Source: Podarcis muralis
Lineage: Eukaryota
Direction: 5' to 3'
Assembly (NCBI RefSeq): GCF_964188315.1
Contig: NC_135656.1
Span: 38,564,001 to 38,628,000 of the forward strand
DNA length: 64,000 nt
In this document: positions 24,545 through 35,414 of the stretch, piece after piece
Layout of the letters: every line of letters starts with the position of its first letter
Numbering within the stretch: the first letter of the stretch is position 1
Notes under the pieces: generated by a model
Databases searched by the model: none
Told to the model about the DNA's origin: nothing
Seen by the model: only the letters and a program-made list of their open reading frames with translations
Program-made: the position numbers and the translations under genes

Positions 24545-24710
24545 TGGGTGGCTTTAAAGGAAACCTAGACAAATTCATGGAGGACAAGGCTATCAAGGCT
24601 ACTAGCCATGAAGGCTAGTATGCTTGTGAATGTCAGTTGCTGGCAATCACAGGTGGAAGAATGCTGTTGCACCCAGCTCCTATGGCCTGGTCTTGCGTTC
24701 TTATGTTTGC
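24545..24710 (+). mobile_element. CR1 (L3-type) 3' end fragment with internal deletion
   Basis: GGCTTTAAAGGAAACCTAGACAAATTCATGGAGGACAAGGCTATC.. ending GCGTTCTTATGTT. Confidence 0.65.
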
Positions 24711-25964
24711 TGGCCCTGAATACATGCTCGGAGGTCCTTGGGAGATGCATTTGAACAGATCCTAACTCAGCCTTAGGCCCTCTGAAGGTACAAAGGCACC
24801 GCTGTGCTTTGATCATTAATAACAATTAATCCTTGTGCTGACAAAACATTTTTCAGATGAGACTGTATAAGCTTCTTTACCCAAGCTAATGCAAAATACT
24901 TAAAAACCTTCACCAGGGACAGAAGTCAGGGTCATTAATTGACACACAAGTGCAACATTTCCAAAAGGCATAAAGGGAGGCCCATTATACCACAAGGGAT
25001 CTTTACTGATTTCTCCTTTCCTGAGGGATTTCTGTATTATCACTCATGGTCTCAAAGGAGGCCTGCAAATTACAACCTGGACAACTTCACAAAAGAGCCT
25101 AGGCAGCTCGTTCCCCTTTCTCAAATGACTGCTTGTGTACACCACTTCAGAGAGATATAATGAGCATGAAATTAAATTATACAGGCACCCACTTAAACAT
25201 TTGAACCATAACTGCTTGCCTTAATCTTGATTTTGAGGACAGGATAGAAGCCACTGCAGTTATGACAAGGCTTTATCCCATCTGCTGCTTGTGAATTCAT
25301 TCTGAATTGATCTTTGGGGCACTCATTACTTCGAGTATGTTCACAAGACTGATTTTCCTATCACAAATAACATCTCCATGGTTCCTAGTCTTGTGAAGAG
25401 TTATATTAACTCACCTGTTGTATATGTATCTCAGCTTAAATAGCAGATTGTCTATCATACCAGTTTGTGCAGTTTCGTTATCATGTTTGGCAGTAATGAA
25501 GGAACTGCTGGTCCACTCATACTCAAGGCATCAGATTCCCTACTGAAAGATAGCTGCCTGAATCCCATTCAATCGGACTCAAATAATTGTTCTCTGGCAG
25601 TCTGTGTTGTATATTCAAATGCTATTCTCAGGGGCTTTGCAAAGAAGCCTGTGTGAAATGCTGGGCTTTGTTTTGGAAATCGAGAAACTCTTCGAGTTGC
25701 TCAAGTGTTTGAAGCTGTTCAGAACAGACCTTCTGACACGATTTAATACTTCACAGCACAGACGGCAGAAAGGTGCCTCCGTCACAAACTATTACTCTCC
25801 AAGCCACTTTGAACAGCATTGCTGTGAGCACTAATTTAATTAAAATAATACTATTTTCCTTTTAGATCTAATCCCGAATGCAGATCATTGAGGCAGGCCC
25901 CAAAGCCAATTGCCAGAAGCTTTACAAAGAGAAGGCATACTCAAGAGATGCACTCCTCTGCTTC

Positions 25965-25983
25965 AACACCCCCTGCTGGTGAA
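25965..25983 (-). promoter_or_regulatory. Candidate CTCF site
   Basis: Minus strand TCACCAGCAGGGGGTGTT matches the CCASYAGRKGGCRS core except at the last positions. Motif match only. Confidence 0.35.
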
Positions 25984-26343
25984 GAAAGGGCTGTCGTTAT
26001 TCGAGGAAGACCACTGAGTGCTGCATTCCCACCCACTCAAAGCTGTTAGGATGTGTTCACAAAACCATGCTGTTCAGTTTGAGATTAGGAATAACTGCTA
26101 TTCCTGTCAGTCACAATATAAACATGAGGGGTTTTTTGGGGGGGGGTTAAAATCAAACACTCCCCCATCCATTTAATTTGTGAGTACAAAAGGATAGTCA
26201 GGTACAGTAGTTACGATAATTTGCTTAACATTATCTTCAGTTAACATGGCAAGGAAGTGGGTGAACTAATGATAAGAGGGTGTATGGAAGAAGGGCAGTA
26301 ATATATCGGAGTAATGAATAGTGAAAGCTAGCCTCTACCTAGT

Positions 26344-26480
26344 AACATAGAATTGGGAGGCACCTCAGTTGTCATCTAGCCCAACCTGCTACAATGCAGG
26401 AATTATGCTGGTGGCCCTTATGGGGACCGAACCCACAACATTGGTGTCATTAGCACCATGCTTCAACCAACTGTGCTATT
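26344..26480 (-). mobile_element. Short SINE: tRNA-Ile(AAT)-derived head plus CR1-type 3' tail
   Basis: Minus strand TAGCACAGTTGGTTGAAGCATGGTGCTAATGACACCAATGTTGTGGGTTCGGTCCCCATAAGGGCCA aligns to vertebrate tRNA-Ile-AAT, with many differences at CpG sites. It is followed by TTCCTGCATTGTAGCAGGTTGGGCTAGATGAC..TTCTATG. Confidence 0.75.
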
Positions 26481-26508
26481 GTGTCTCATTTATGCCATTT
26501 GTGTAAAT

Positions 26509-26650
26509 CAGGGATGGGGACCTGTGGACCTTCATATGTTGCTGGACTACAAATGGCACCAACCCTAGCTAGGAAGGTCAATAGTCAGGTAAGACAGAAA
26601 CTGGAATCTAGCAAAATCTGGAGGGCCACAGATTCTTTGCAATTCCCTCT
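26509..26650. mobile_element. Old hAT MITE of the 11374/43899 type
   Basis: CAGGGATGGGGACCTGTGGACC..GCTGGACTACAA.. and ATCTGGAGGGCCACAG. Right end eroded. Confidence 0.5.
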
Positions 26651-28429
26651 TGCCCTCTCCCCCAAAATACGATATACCACGCCTTAGGCATATAACATCA
26701 GAACAGCAAGACATATAACTGTGGGAGGAACTCAATGTTGCACTCTTCTGATAGCTCCGTCAACAGAAGCATTTTTGCTTGCCAAATGGAACAACGCCGC
26801 CCCCCCCCATGGGTTCTACTGACCCTCCAGGCTGGATTTGGGTGGGGGAAGAAAGGCTCATTGCACTAGCAGGAACCCTTGCCCTGGCTTCTGCTAGCAC
26901 ACTGGCTTGGTTGAATCCAACCCTATTTCATTAAACCCACCCACTGCAGAAGTATGTTATCCCATATGTCTAGTTCAGCAATGCCAGGAAAAAAACGAAA
27001 TAAGGAGGGAATTGTCTTCCTCTGGAAGAAAGAATTAACAGCTCATAGACTGAACAGATTTGTGAAAAGCTTGTGGGTTTTATGATAAAAGCATGAAATT
27101 TGCCACAGTCTTAAGGCATGTCCAAATAAAGATTTTCAGATAAGAAGCCATCACCAACTAACATCCTAACAGCTACAGCAAGTGTTATAAATGCCGAGCA
27201 CATTTTCCCCCTACTGATGTTTCACTGATAGCAATTGTTTATGGGTTTAGACCATACCAGCAGGGTTATTTTTTTGCTTTGTTTGTACATTTGTATTGCT
27301 ATTGACCTAGGTTTCCTAAAAACCATGGCAATCAATTTAAGATGCCATGAAATGGTTGAAAAATATTTTCCAAAATCTATCTTGCTGTCCTGTGCCACTT
27401 GTGAATACTTAGTAAAATATGAATTCAAGAGCAAAAGCACAGCATTATCCAATACATTTCCAAGTTTCTTTTCATTATGATATATTTCCCTTTGCTAATA
27501 GCAATATTTCCAGACTGATTGATGATGAATAACTGAGTATTCCTGTAGTCACATACTTTGTATAACTATTTGAAAGCAACAAAAAAGCCATATTACATAA
27601 CAGTATAGTCTAAAATTAATTAAGAGGCTGGATATTCAGTATACTTTAAGTACACATTTCCTACTGCAAGGGCAAGGCCAGAAACCTGTTCAGCTAGCAT
27701 TGCCCACTTTTGTGCATCCTTTTCCCACTGGCATTTCAATGCCTCCTTGTCATGTGGCACCTCTTCTCAGGAACAGCCTTTCTTGCTCTCTGTTTGCTAT
27801 AAATCTGTTTTCACTTCAGCACACAGGCAGCCACACCCACCGAGAAGGTGGGAGTTCATTTAGGCCAGCTGCAAGTCTCTGGAGAACCTCAAGGCTTGCC
27901 AGAAATGGAAATGGCATACACAACATCTACTCACTTAGTGGGCAAATGGTATACATGGCAAACTAAAACAGCTCCAGACTAGCGTTATCAAGGGACTTAT
28001 TGAATCCTTAGTATATTCATGGATAACTCGTCTAATAAGCATATGCATTACTGTATGTGTGCCAAGGCCCCATGACCCTGCAGTTCCCTGGGAAAAAGGA
28101 ACTGGACACTGGACAACAGCATATTGGGTTTGGGGTTCAAATAAGGCCAGAACTTTACAGTGAATGGTTTGGGTAAAGCCATTGCCATTCTACTCCAGCC
28201 AGTCTGCTACCTACATCAAAGGAGTGGCATGGCCCTAGCACCTGCCTGGGTGCCAAACAGAAGCTACTCCTCCCAGATCCTTTTAATAGGATACCCTTTA
28301 CCAGGGAGGGGTAGGCAGAGGCTACAACCTCCCATCCATGCATGACTTAGGCTTACCCAATACCTAACCCCTATGAGGTAAGGTTACAACCCTTGGGGTT
28401 TTTTAGTTTATGGAAAAAAATGACTAAGT

Positions 28430-28718
28430 GAGGACATTAGAGCACAGACAAAAGGAAAAACCTATTCACACATCACATAATTAAACTGGAGAATTTGCTA
28501 CCATCGATGCATTGATGACCACATTGACAGGGATTAGACAAATTAATGGAGGATAGGGCTATCAGTGGCTATTAGGCACAATGGCTATGTTCTATCTCCA
28601 TTGTTGTAAGCAGTATGCTTCTGAAAACCCGTTGCTGAGAATCACAAGTGGGGAGAATGCTGTTGTTCTTATATTCTGCTTATAGGCTTTTCATAAGCAT
28701 TTGGTTGGCCACTGTGAT
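28430..28718 (+). mobile_element. CR1 (L3-type) 3' fragment
   Basis: ..ATTAGACAAATTAATGGAGGATAGGGCTATCAGTGGCTATTAG..GGTTGGCCACTGTGA, the same tail as the other CR1 copies. Confidence 0.65.
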
Positions 28719-29743
28719 AAGTCCCCTATCCAATCAGCTTCTGCTTCACTGAAACCTTGGATTGAGGGAAAGAGGTAACTAATAGTGTCTGTGGCACATC
28801 AGTCAGAGACAACCTCCTTATTTAAAGACTGGTTTCAGCAATCTAGTGGGAGGAGAATGGATACTCTGTTGTTGCTGTTATTGTTAATAACATGGATACA
28901 AAAATGAACTTTTGGGAAGGAGGAATGAATCAATCCAGTGCTGACTGATAAAAAAGCTAGCAGTCATGGGGGAAAGAATGGATGAACTCATCTGTTTCCA
29001 GTGAAATTATTTTTACATGGAACTGAAATGGAAAATGCACATATAGTCACTTCTGGTGAGCCCTCCAACAAAGCCTTTTCACGCAGAGCACTCCCTGTTT
29101 AGAATTTAAGCCATCCCATGCTATTGCTTCTTCTCTCTGGTTTTCTGCCTCCAGTTTTCCAACACTCATGGCCACTGAGCGCTCTTAAGATGTTTTTCCA
29201 TAAGCCTTGGGGTTCCTTCAAGCCTGCTAATATCTACTTGTGTGCAGATAGTGTTGTTTTGGCTACATAAGTAACTGCACTCAGCAAACTGAGATCACTA
29301 TTGGTAATTTGTCATTTTAACACACTCTTCCTCCAAGAAGATCATGACATTGTACATGCTACCCTCTTCCATTTTTTAGGTAGCTAGTTTAGGGAAAGAG
29401 AAAGTGACTAGCCCAGAGTCACAAGGAAGCTTCATAGCTATGCAGGGCTCTGAGCCTTTTTGTTCTCTTCCACCATGTGAACCCAACCAGACAGGACACC
29501 TGAGCTTGATCACTCCAAGCTCAGACCCTGTGTTCAGAAACTTTTTACCATATTTTATAACCCAAGATTTCTGCCTGTGTTCTTTTTGCTTTTGTATGGG
29601 AAAACACACAAATTTGACCTTTGAAAGATTGTAAGTAAAATATTTTCCTTAACTTACCATACTGTGTGGTCTATTGTATGCAAAACAGAGTAGAAAGTGG
29701 GGAGCTGTAAGCAACTTAAAACTGAATATTTAAAAGGTCTAAC

Positions 29744-29803
29744 AGCCTATATCCCCATGCTTTACTTTGCTGAAGCCTATATTGCCATGCTTTACTTTGC
29801 TGA
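29744..29803. repeat. 30-bp tandem duplication (2 mismatches)
   Basis: AGCCTATATCCCCATGCTTTACTTTGCTGA / AGCCTATATTGCCATGCTTTACTTTGCTGA. Confidence 0.9.
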
Positions 29804-29944
29804 ATGCTTTGTGTTTTAAAACATCTGCTGAGGCTCTTTCTTACAGAAGAGTATTCTGCCCTGTGTTTGGACCTATGGATCCAGTGAATTCTTCTTTTAT
29901 TAACTAAAAGCAATCATAACCAATGGTGTCCTCCTTTAAGACGG

Positions 29945-29984
29945 CTTGTGTATCCCATTGCCCTCTTGTGTATCCCATTGCCTT
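29945..29984. repeat. 20-bp tandem duplication
   Basis: CTTGTGTATCCCATTGCCCT / CTTGTGTATCCCATTGCCTT. Confidence 0.9.
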
Positions 29985-29994
29985 CTAAGGCAAA

Positions 29995-30260
29995 GTTGAT
30001 GGCAGTATGCTAGAGGGCTTTCTCTGAGGTTGCGCCCCATTTGTGGAACATCCTGCCCCAAGAGCTTAGGTCATCTTCCTCTTCATTTGTGTTCTGTCAG
30101 CAGCTTGAAACTTTATTGTTTAAACAAGCTTTTGATACTGCTGCTCCTTGGCGGACTTTTTCCTGCAGCAGTTTTTAGTTTGATAACTTGTGTTTTAATG
30201 GTTGATCTATTGCTGCTTTTATGTTTGTGTTTCTATTTGTAAGCCACTTTGAGTAGCTCT
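29995..30260 (+). mobile_element. Old L2 3' fragment
   Basis: AGGGCTTTCTCTGAGG..GTGGAACATCCTGCCCCA..; TTGAAACTTTATTGTTTAAACAAGCTTTT; T-rich UTR ending TGTAAGCCACTTTGAG. Confidence 0.5.
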
Positions 30261-30360
30261 TTTGGCTGTTTCTACAGTCACTGACCATACGTTTTACAAG
30301 CTCATTTAAACATCCATGAGGGTAGAGTGGTGGCTAAATGAAAATATAAAATTGGAGGGA

Positions 30361-30560
30361 AGGGATGTAATTTAGTGGTAGAGTATCTGTTATGCATGCA
30401 GAACATCCTAGGTTCAATCCCTGGCATTTTCAGATAAGACTAAGTAGAGATCCATGCTTGAGACTCTGAAGAGTCAGTGACCCTGCCAGTCAGTGTAGTC
30501 AACATCAATCTTGATGGACCAATGGTCTGGCTCAGTATAAGGCAACTTCCTTTATTTCCC
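30361..30560 (+). mobile_element. tRNA-Ala-type SINE (Squam2-like)
   Basis: A box TAATTTAGTGGTAGAG, B box GGTTCAATCCC, body CTGCCAGTCAGTGTAG, tail GATGGACCAATGGTCTGGCTCAGTATAAGGCAACTTCCT. Confidence 0.75.
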
Positions 30561-30910
30561 GTTCAGTATGCTATGTTTTGCACCCAGTACACCTGTGCAT
30601 AGCTGTCAACTTTTCCCTTTTCTTGCGAGGAATCCTATTCGGAATAAGGGAATTTTCCTTAAAAAAAGAGAAACGTTGACAGCTATGCACCTGTGTTACT
30701 GGGAATCACAAAATACACAAATCCCTGTTTAGGGGAAATGATTTTAATGCTAGAGGGTGTGACCTTTCAGGCAGACTTAAGACTTGTATCCTGGCTCCAG
30801 AATCAGGAGGTGTCTCCAAGTAGTAAGCAATTGGTTGCCCGTGGATGCTTTGGATGCAGACAATAACTAGGAGTTACTTCTCAAATGGCTTCAATAGCTG
30901 AATGCATCAT

Positions 30911-31262
30911 AAAGGTAAAGGGACCCCTGACCATTAGGTCCAGTCGTGACCGACTCTGGGGTTGCGGTGTTCATCTTGCTTTATTGGCCGAGGGAGCCGG
31001 TGTACAGCTTCTGGGTCATGTGGCTAGCATGACTAAGCCGCTTCTGGCGAAACCAGAGCAGCGCACGGAAACGCCATTTACCTTCCCACTTGAGTGGTAC
31101 CTATTTATCTACTTGCTCTTTGACATGCTTTCAAACTGCTAGGTTGGCAGGAGCAGGGACCGAGCAACGGGAGCTCACCCCGTCGTGGGGATTCGAACCG
31201 CCGACCTTCCTATCGGCAAGCCCTAGCCTCTGTGGTTTAACCCACAGCACCACCCGCATCCC
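30911..31262 (-). mobile_element. Sauria SINE (Squam1), subfamily A, full length
   Basis: Minus strand GGGATGCGGGTGGTGCTGTGGGTTAAACCACAGAGG..GGTTCGAATCCCC.. ending CCCCAGAGTCGGTCACGACTGGACCTAATGGTCAGGGGTCCCTTTACCTTT. Confidence 0.92.
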
Positions 31263-31480
31263 AGTATGACTGCATCATACTGTCCAGCAATAGACATTCT
31301 CATTGATTTAGATTTTGGCTCCTGCCCTCTGACTCCAGTTGCCCTTGAGTTATGCTAACCACTCTATGATCTCAGAAATTCTCTCGCCCTAATTGTAGTA
31401 AAAAACTACATCACACTTTATACCAGTTGCTCAAAATCTCTGGAAGAGATTGCACTTTTACTTGAATGTTGTTGTTTTTT

Positions 31481-31569
31481 ATGGGCATCTGGTTGGCTGT
31501 TGTAAAACCAGGATGCTGGAATAGATAGGCCACTTGCCTGGTCCAAAAGGTTCTTCTTACGTTCTTATG
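31481..31569 (+). mobile_element. CR1 (L3-type) extreme 3' end
   Basis: GGGCATCTGGTTGGCTG..GGATGCTGGAATAGATAGGCC..TTCTTACGTTCTTATG. Confidence 0.65.
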
Positions 31570-32929
31570 TCCATGTTAAAAGAAACAGGTTCTAAGGCAT
31601 TTAAGAGAGACTTATTTAAGGCTGAGGAGTCTCCCACATTCATCTCTGTTTGCAAAGGCCCTCTGATTTGATCTGAAGGTTTTCTCTTGAAAAATGTAAC
31701 TTGCTTATTTTAATTACTCTTTGCTTAGGAAATTTCAATGAAGAAATAAACACTCCGTGGCATGTAGGTTGAAAGTAACCTGACTAAAATAAAAATAGGA
31801 GGTGGTAGATTAAATTTAAAAGTGATAGGTCATGTCTAAGGATGAAGACAGATGTACCATTATTTTAAAAAGCTCTGACAGTGGTATGTACCCAACTTAT
31901 GGCTGGCATTGCAGCTGGCATAAGAAACATATGCAGAAGGAGGCCATGGACTGAATCAGCAGTCAGTCTCACCCCCATTCTTATGAGTCATTTTTATATT
32001 ATTTTTAAAGAGACATATGCTATATGTGTGCGCATATATATAAAACAGGAATAATATTTATGCAAACCTTATGCGCCATCAAATCTAATGCACACCCTAA
32101 TTTTCATGACATAACTTGGCCCCCAAAAGGTGCACATTACATTTGAGTAAATACGGTAGTATGGGTAGTTTCCAACTAAGTTCTACTCAAGAGTATACCC
32201 ATTGAAACTAATGGACTTAAGTTAAGCATGTTCATTGTCCTAGCTCCCACCCTCAGATAAAAGGCATAGACTCTGCTCAGGAAATCCCATGTTTAAGTAT
32301 TCAGTACACGAGTTCTGCATCAACGATGGTACAGGTCACAAAGCTCAAAATGGTTCATCAGCAGAGACTAGGATAAAAGGCTAGGTGTAAGCAACAATGC
32401 TGTCTCAACACCTGACACCCCTCCCACTGTGCTTTTAAAGTGGTGGGGCAGGGCCCATCACTTGGGTGGTTCCTGTTCCAAACAAGAAGGCTGAGCTTAC
32501 AAGTGATTGCCTCTACTGGGAGGGAGCAGGGAGCTGGTTCTGCTTGCACCTGTGCTGTTGGTGGTGCAATCCTTGGCAATGCAACTTGAGCCCAACCCTC
32601 AAACTCACCCTGCAATCTGGCCAGTTCTGCTGATTGGCTAACTGGCTTTTCAGCTATTGTGGGTACCTTGCTCTCTGGAAGCAAAGTGAAAGTGGGCTCA
32701 GCTGACTCCCCCTCCCCTTCTGAAAATCTGGCAACTCTGGGGGAGGACCCTCATCCAGATCACTGCCCTGGCTGTCTCCACCCACTGACGTGGAGTCCTC
32801 CTCTTCTGACAACTTCTGCTAGCCATGGACTCCATGGGTACCACAACACCCATTTATTTTAATGAGTCTGACTATGACTATAATTGACAAGACTCCTAAG
32901 ATTGGGCAACATGATCACATTACACCACC

Positions 32930-33260
32930 ACTTCTCCATCTCCACTGCCTGCCAGTCCATTTCTGTGCTCATTGCAGGTTCCAGTTTTGACCTTTAAGGC
33001 CTTGCCTGTCTTGGGATCAGGATAAATCACCTATCTCCACATGGACCTATACAGCCCTTGAGATGTTGGGAGGTTGTTATCAGAGTGCCCTTGCCAAGTG
33101 AGGTGCAGAAGGTGGCTAAAGGAGAGAGCCTTTTCAGTGGTGTCACCATGGCTATAGAATGCTACCTGCTTTGGTCTCGTTTTGATTCCTGGCAAATACC
33201 TTTTGCTTTTTCCAGGTCTTTTAATGCATCTTAGGTTTAAGCTGTTTTTACTCTCTGCAG
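32930..33260 (+). mobile_element. L2 ORF2 3' fragment
   Basis: GTTTTGACCTTTAAGGCC.., GAGAGCCTTTTCAGTGGTGTCACCATGGCTATAGAATG (decayed RAFSVV.P.LWN). Confidence 0.6.
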
Positions 33261-33699
33261 CTGTTTTGGTACTTGCATAAACTTCAATGACTTGCTCGGC
33301 TGAAACCCCAAGTAACTGGTGCCATACTTTCTTTCTTTTTTTGTCCTTGAAAGAATTTTTGTGAAATAGACTTCTCTGTGAACTGGACGCACTCTGGAAT
33401 GCCACCGTGTTTGGGCTGAAACTTGGAGCTGTTATCTTGATGCTGTGACTCAGCAGACTGGTGCCCACCAAGGCACAATCAAGTCCAAGCAGAAGGGCAT
33501 CCAAATTCCAAGGAGAGTCTCTCCCCTGTTACAAGAGCCCAACCCTCCGAATACCAGTCTGGGTCAGCTTAATGGTTCCTGCCATAGTGCCAATGAACAT
33601 AGCCATGTGTATCTTTCAGAGGAGGGTTTCATAAAAGTGTATCAGAGCAGATGAGGAAAATAAAAGTACTAGGTTCAACTCACAGAGCAAAGTATAATT

Positions 33700-33780
33700 G
33701 CAGCTCAGTGGTACAGCACATCTTTTCCATGCAGATGGACCAATGGCCTGGACTCAGTATAAGACAGCTTCCTATGTTCA
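33700..33780 (+). mobile_element. Internally deleted tRNA-Ala-type SINE (head fused to tail)
   Basis: GCAGCTCAGTGGTACAGCACATCTTTTCCATGCAG joined directly to ATGGACCAATGGCCTGGACTCAGTATAAGACAGCTTCCTATGTTC. About 120 bp of the 30361/46376 copies is missing. Confidence 0.7.
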
Positions 33781-34369
33781 CACAGTGTGAACAGAAAAGA
33801 GGATGCAGATACTTCCCAAAGCAGCTCTGCTACTTGAGTGACTATGCTAGTAGAAGTGAAGAAAAGAGTTCTTGACTTCCAGCCACAACCACTTGGAACC
33901 ATTTGTGCTGTTGTAAAAATTGAAAGGGGGGGGGGGGAGCAAAGCAAGCCAGAGACGTTTGGCTTTGCTCCTCTCCTCAGCAAGACTACAAAGAAGAGCA
34001 GCACACTTGGAAGATTTTCCAAACAATTCTGTAGCCTGTTGCCGTCCACCAGGGTCCCCATTTAGGGAGACAGAATGGCCTCACCCCTGAATTTCAGCCC
34101 ACTTGCAATTATGCCTAAAGATTATTAAGTGGTCTAAAAGTAACCATAGCAAATGTGATTTGCAATGCAAAGCTTTTAGTAAGAGCAGGCTTTTGACAAT
34201 TGTGGCATAGATGGGGTGGTGTGGAGAGCACAGCTGAAGTCTATCTGGAATATTCCACAGGTCAAAGAACTAAAGTGCTTAGAATCTGTCCTGTCTGTAG
34301 AACTTAGAAACTGGTACTTGTAGGTACGTTTCCAGTCTGTGCTGAGTTGTAGCATATTAGCCAATCAGG

Positions 34370-35175
34370 CTGTGGAAGGAAAATGCTTTTATTTGGCATG
34401 GAGAGGTTACTGGTTACGAGGGAGCCCAGGAAGACAAAATTGTCTACCACCTGAAGCATTTGGTCACCAATGCTGACGTGTGGAGTGCTGGCAATGTTCT
34501 GATTCAGGATGTTGGACATCATCAGGCTGGTGGTAAGGCCAAACTCCATGCAGGCTTGGGCAAAAAAGTTGATGAGTCTTTGTAGAGCTTCCTCAGGGTG
34601 TACATTTGCGTCATCTACAAACGACATATCTCGGATAAGGGCCAGTCACACTTTTGTCTTGACATAGAGACATGCCAGGTTGAAAAGACCCCTGTCGTTT
34701 CTTGAATGAATGAACACACTGTCTTCAGTCAAGCTGAAGGCATAGGAGAGCAACAGGGAGAAGAATATGCCAAAGAGAGTTGAGGCAAGAACACAGCCCT
34801 GTGCCACACCACTCTTTATAGGGAAGGCATCCAAGGATGAGCCATCATCCTGGATGGTGTTGCACAGGTTCTCATAAAAGGACACATTAACCATTTCCCA
34901 GCAGGAATAGGTGTTTCCAGGCTGGGATCCTCCTGACAGCCTGTTCTAGTTCCTCATAAAACTGGTCCTTGGTCTGTATGTCAGAACACATAGTGGGAGC
35001 ATAGACGCTCAAGATGTTAACCAGACCGGAGGTGGTTGAGAGGCAGAAGGAAAGCATTCGGAACCCTTGGTCAGTGGTTCTATTGCAGACAGAAGAGCCA
35101 ACGCTTCTGCCAGAAAAAGGTATTGATCTTCCCTCAGAGCTTGCCATTCGAAGCAAGTCTAGTCTGCTATAGTAC
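34370..35175 (-). mobile_element. RTE-clade LINE pseudogene: APE endonuclease segment fused to a reverse transcriptase segment
   Basis: ORF 34887-35207 contains VNILSVYAPTMCSDIQTKDQFYEELEQAVRRIPAWKHLFLLG (APE). ORF 34646-34894 contains FPIKSGVAQGCVLASTLFGIFFSLLL. ORF 34304-34627 contains FVDD..EEALQRLINFFAQACMEFGL..VVDNFVFLGS (RT domains). Confidence 0.88.
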
Positions 35176-35206
35176 ATGATTAGTACATGATTACTATTCT
35201 GATGCA

Positions 35207-35414
35207 AGAGTCACCAATATTTTGGGGCCTGTGGGGATATTTGCAAAAGGAAAAAAATATTGTGGGCACCCCACACTCTAGAATTAATTCTCTTGGCTAC
35301 AACAGTGTTTCTTTCAAGCCTAATTTCAGAGTAGGGGGAGAGGGGACCATGTAGGCACCAGGAAAGGCCTCCATGGACACATGGGCACTTTCAGGTGGTA
35401 TGTTGGTGACCCTG
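35207..35414. mobile_element. Old hAT-like non-autonomous element
   Basis: CAAGAGTCACCAA.. / ..TTGGTGACCCTG resemble eroded CAGGGGTCACCAA terminal repeats. No clear TSD. Confidence 0.4.

Noticed and set aside
16820-26480. tRNA-Lys-like and tRNA-Ile-like sequences as functional tRNA genes
   Set aside because: Acceptor stems and T-loops are mutated, CpGs have decayed, and each is fused to a CR1 tail with no oligo-T terminator. They are SINE heads.
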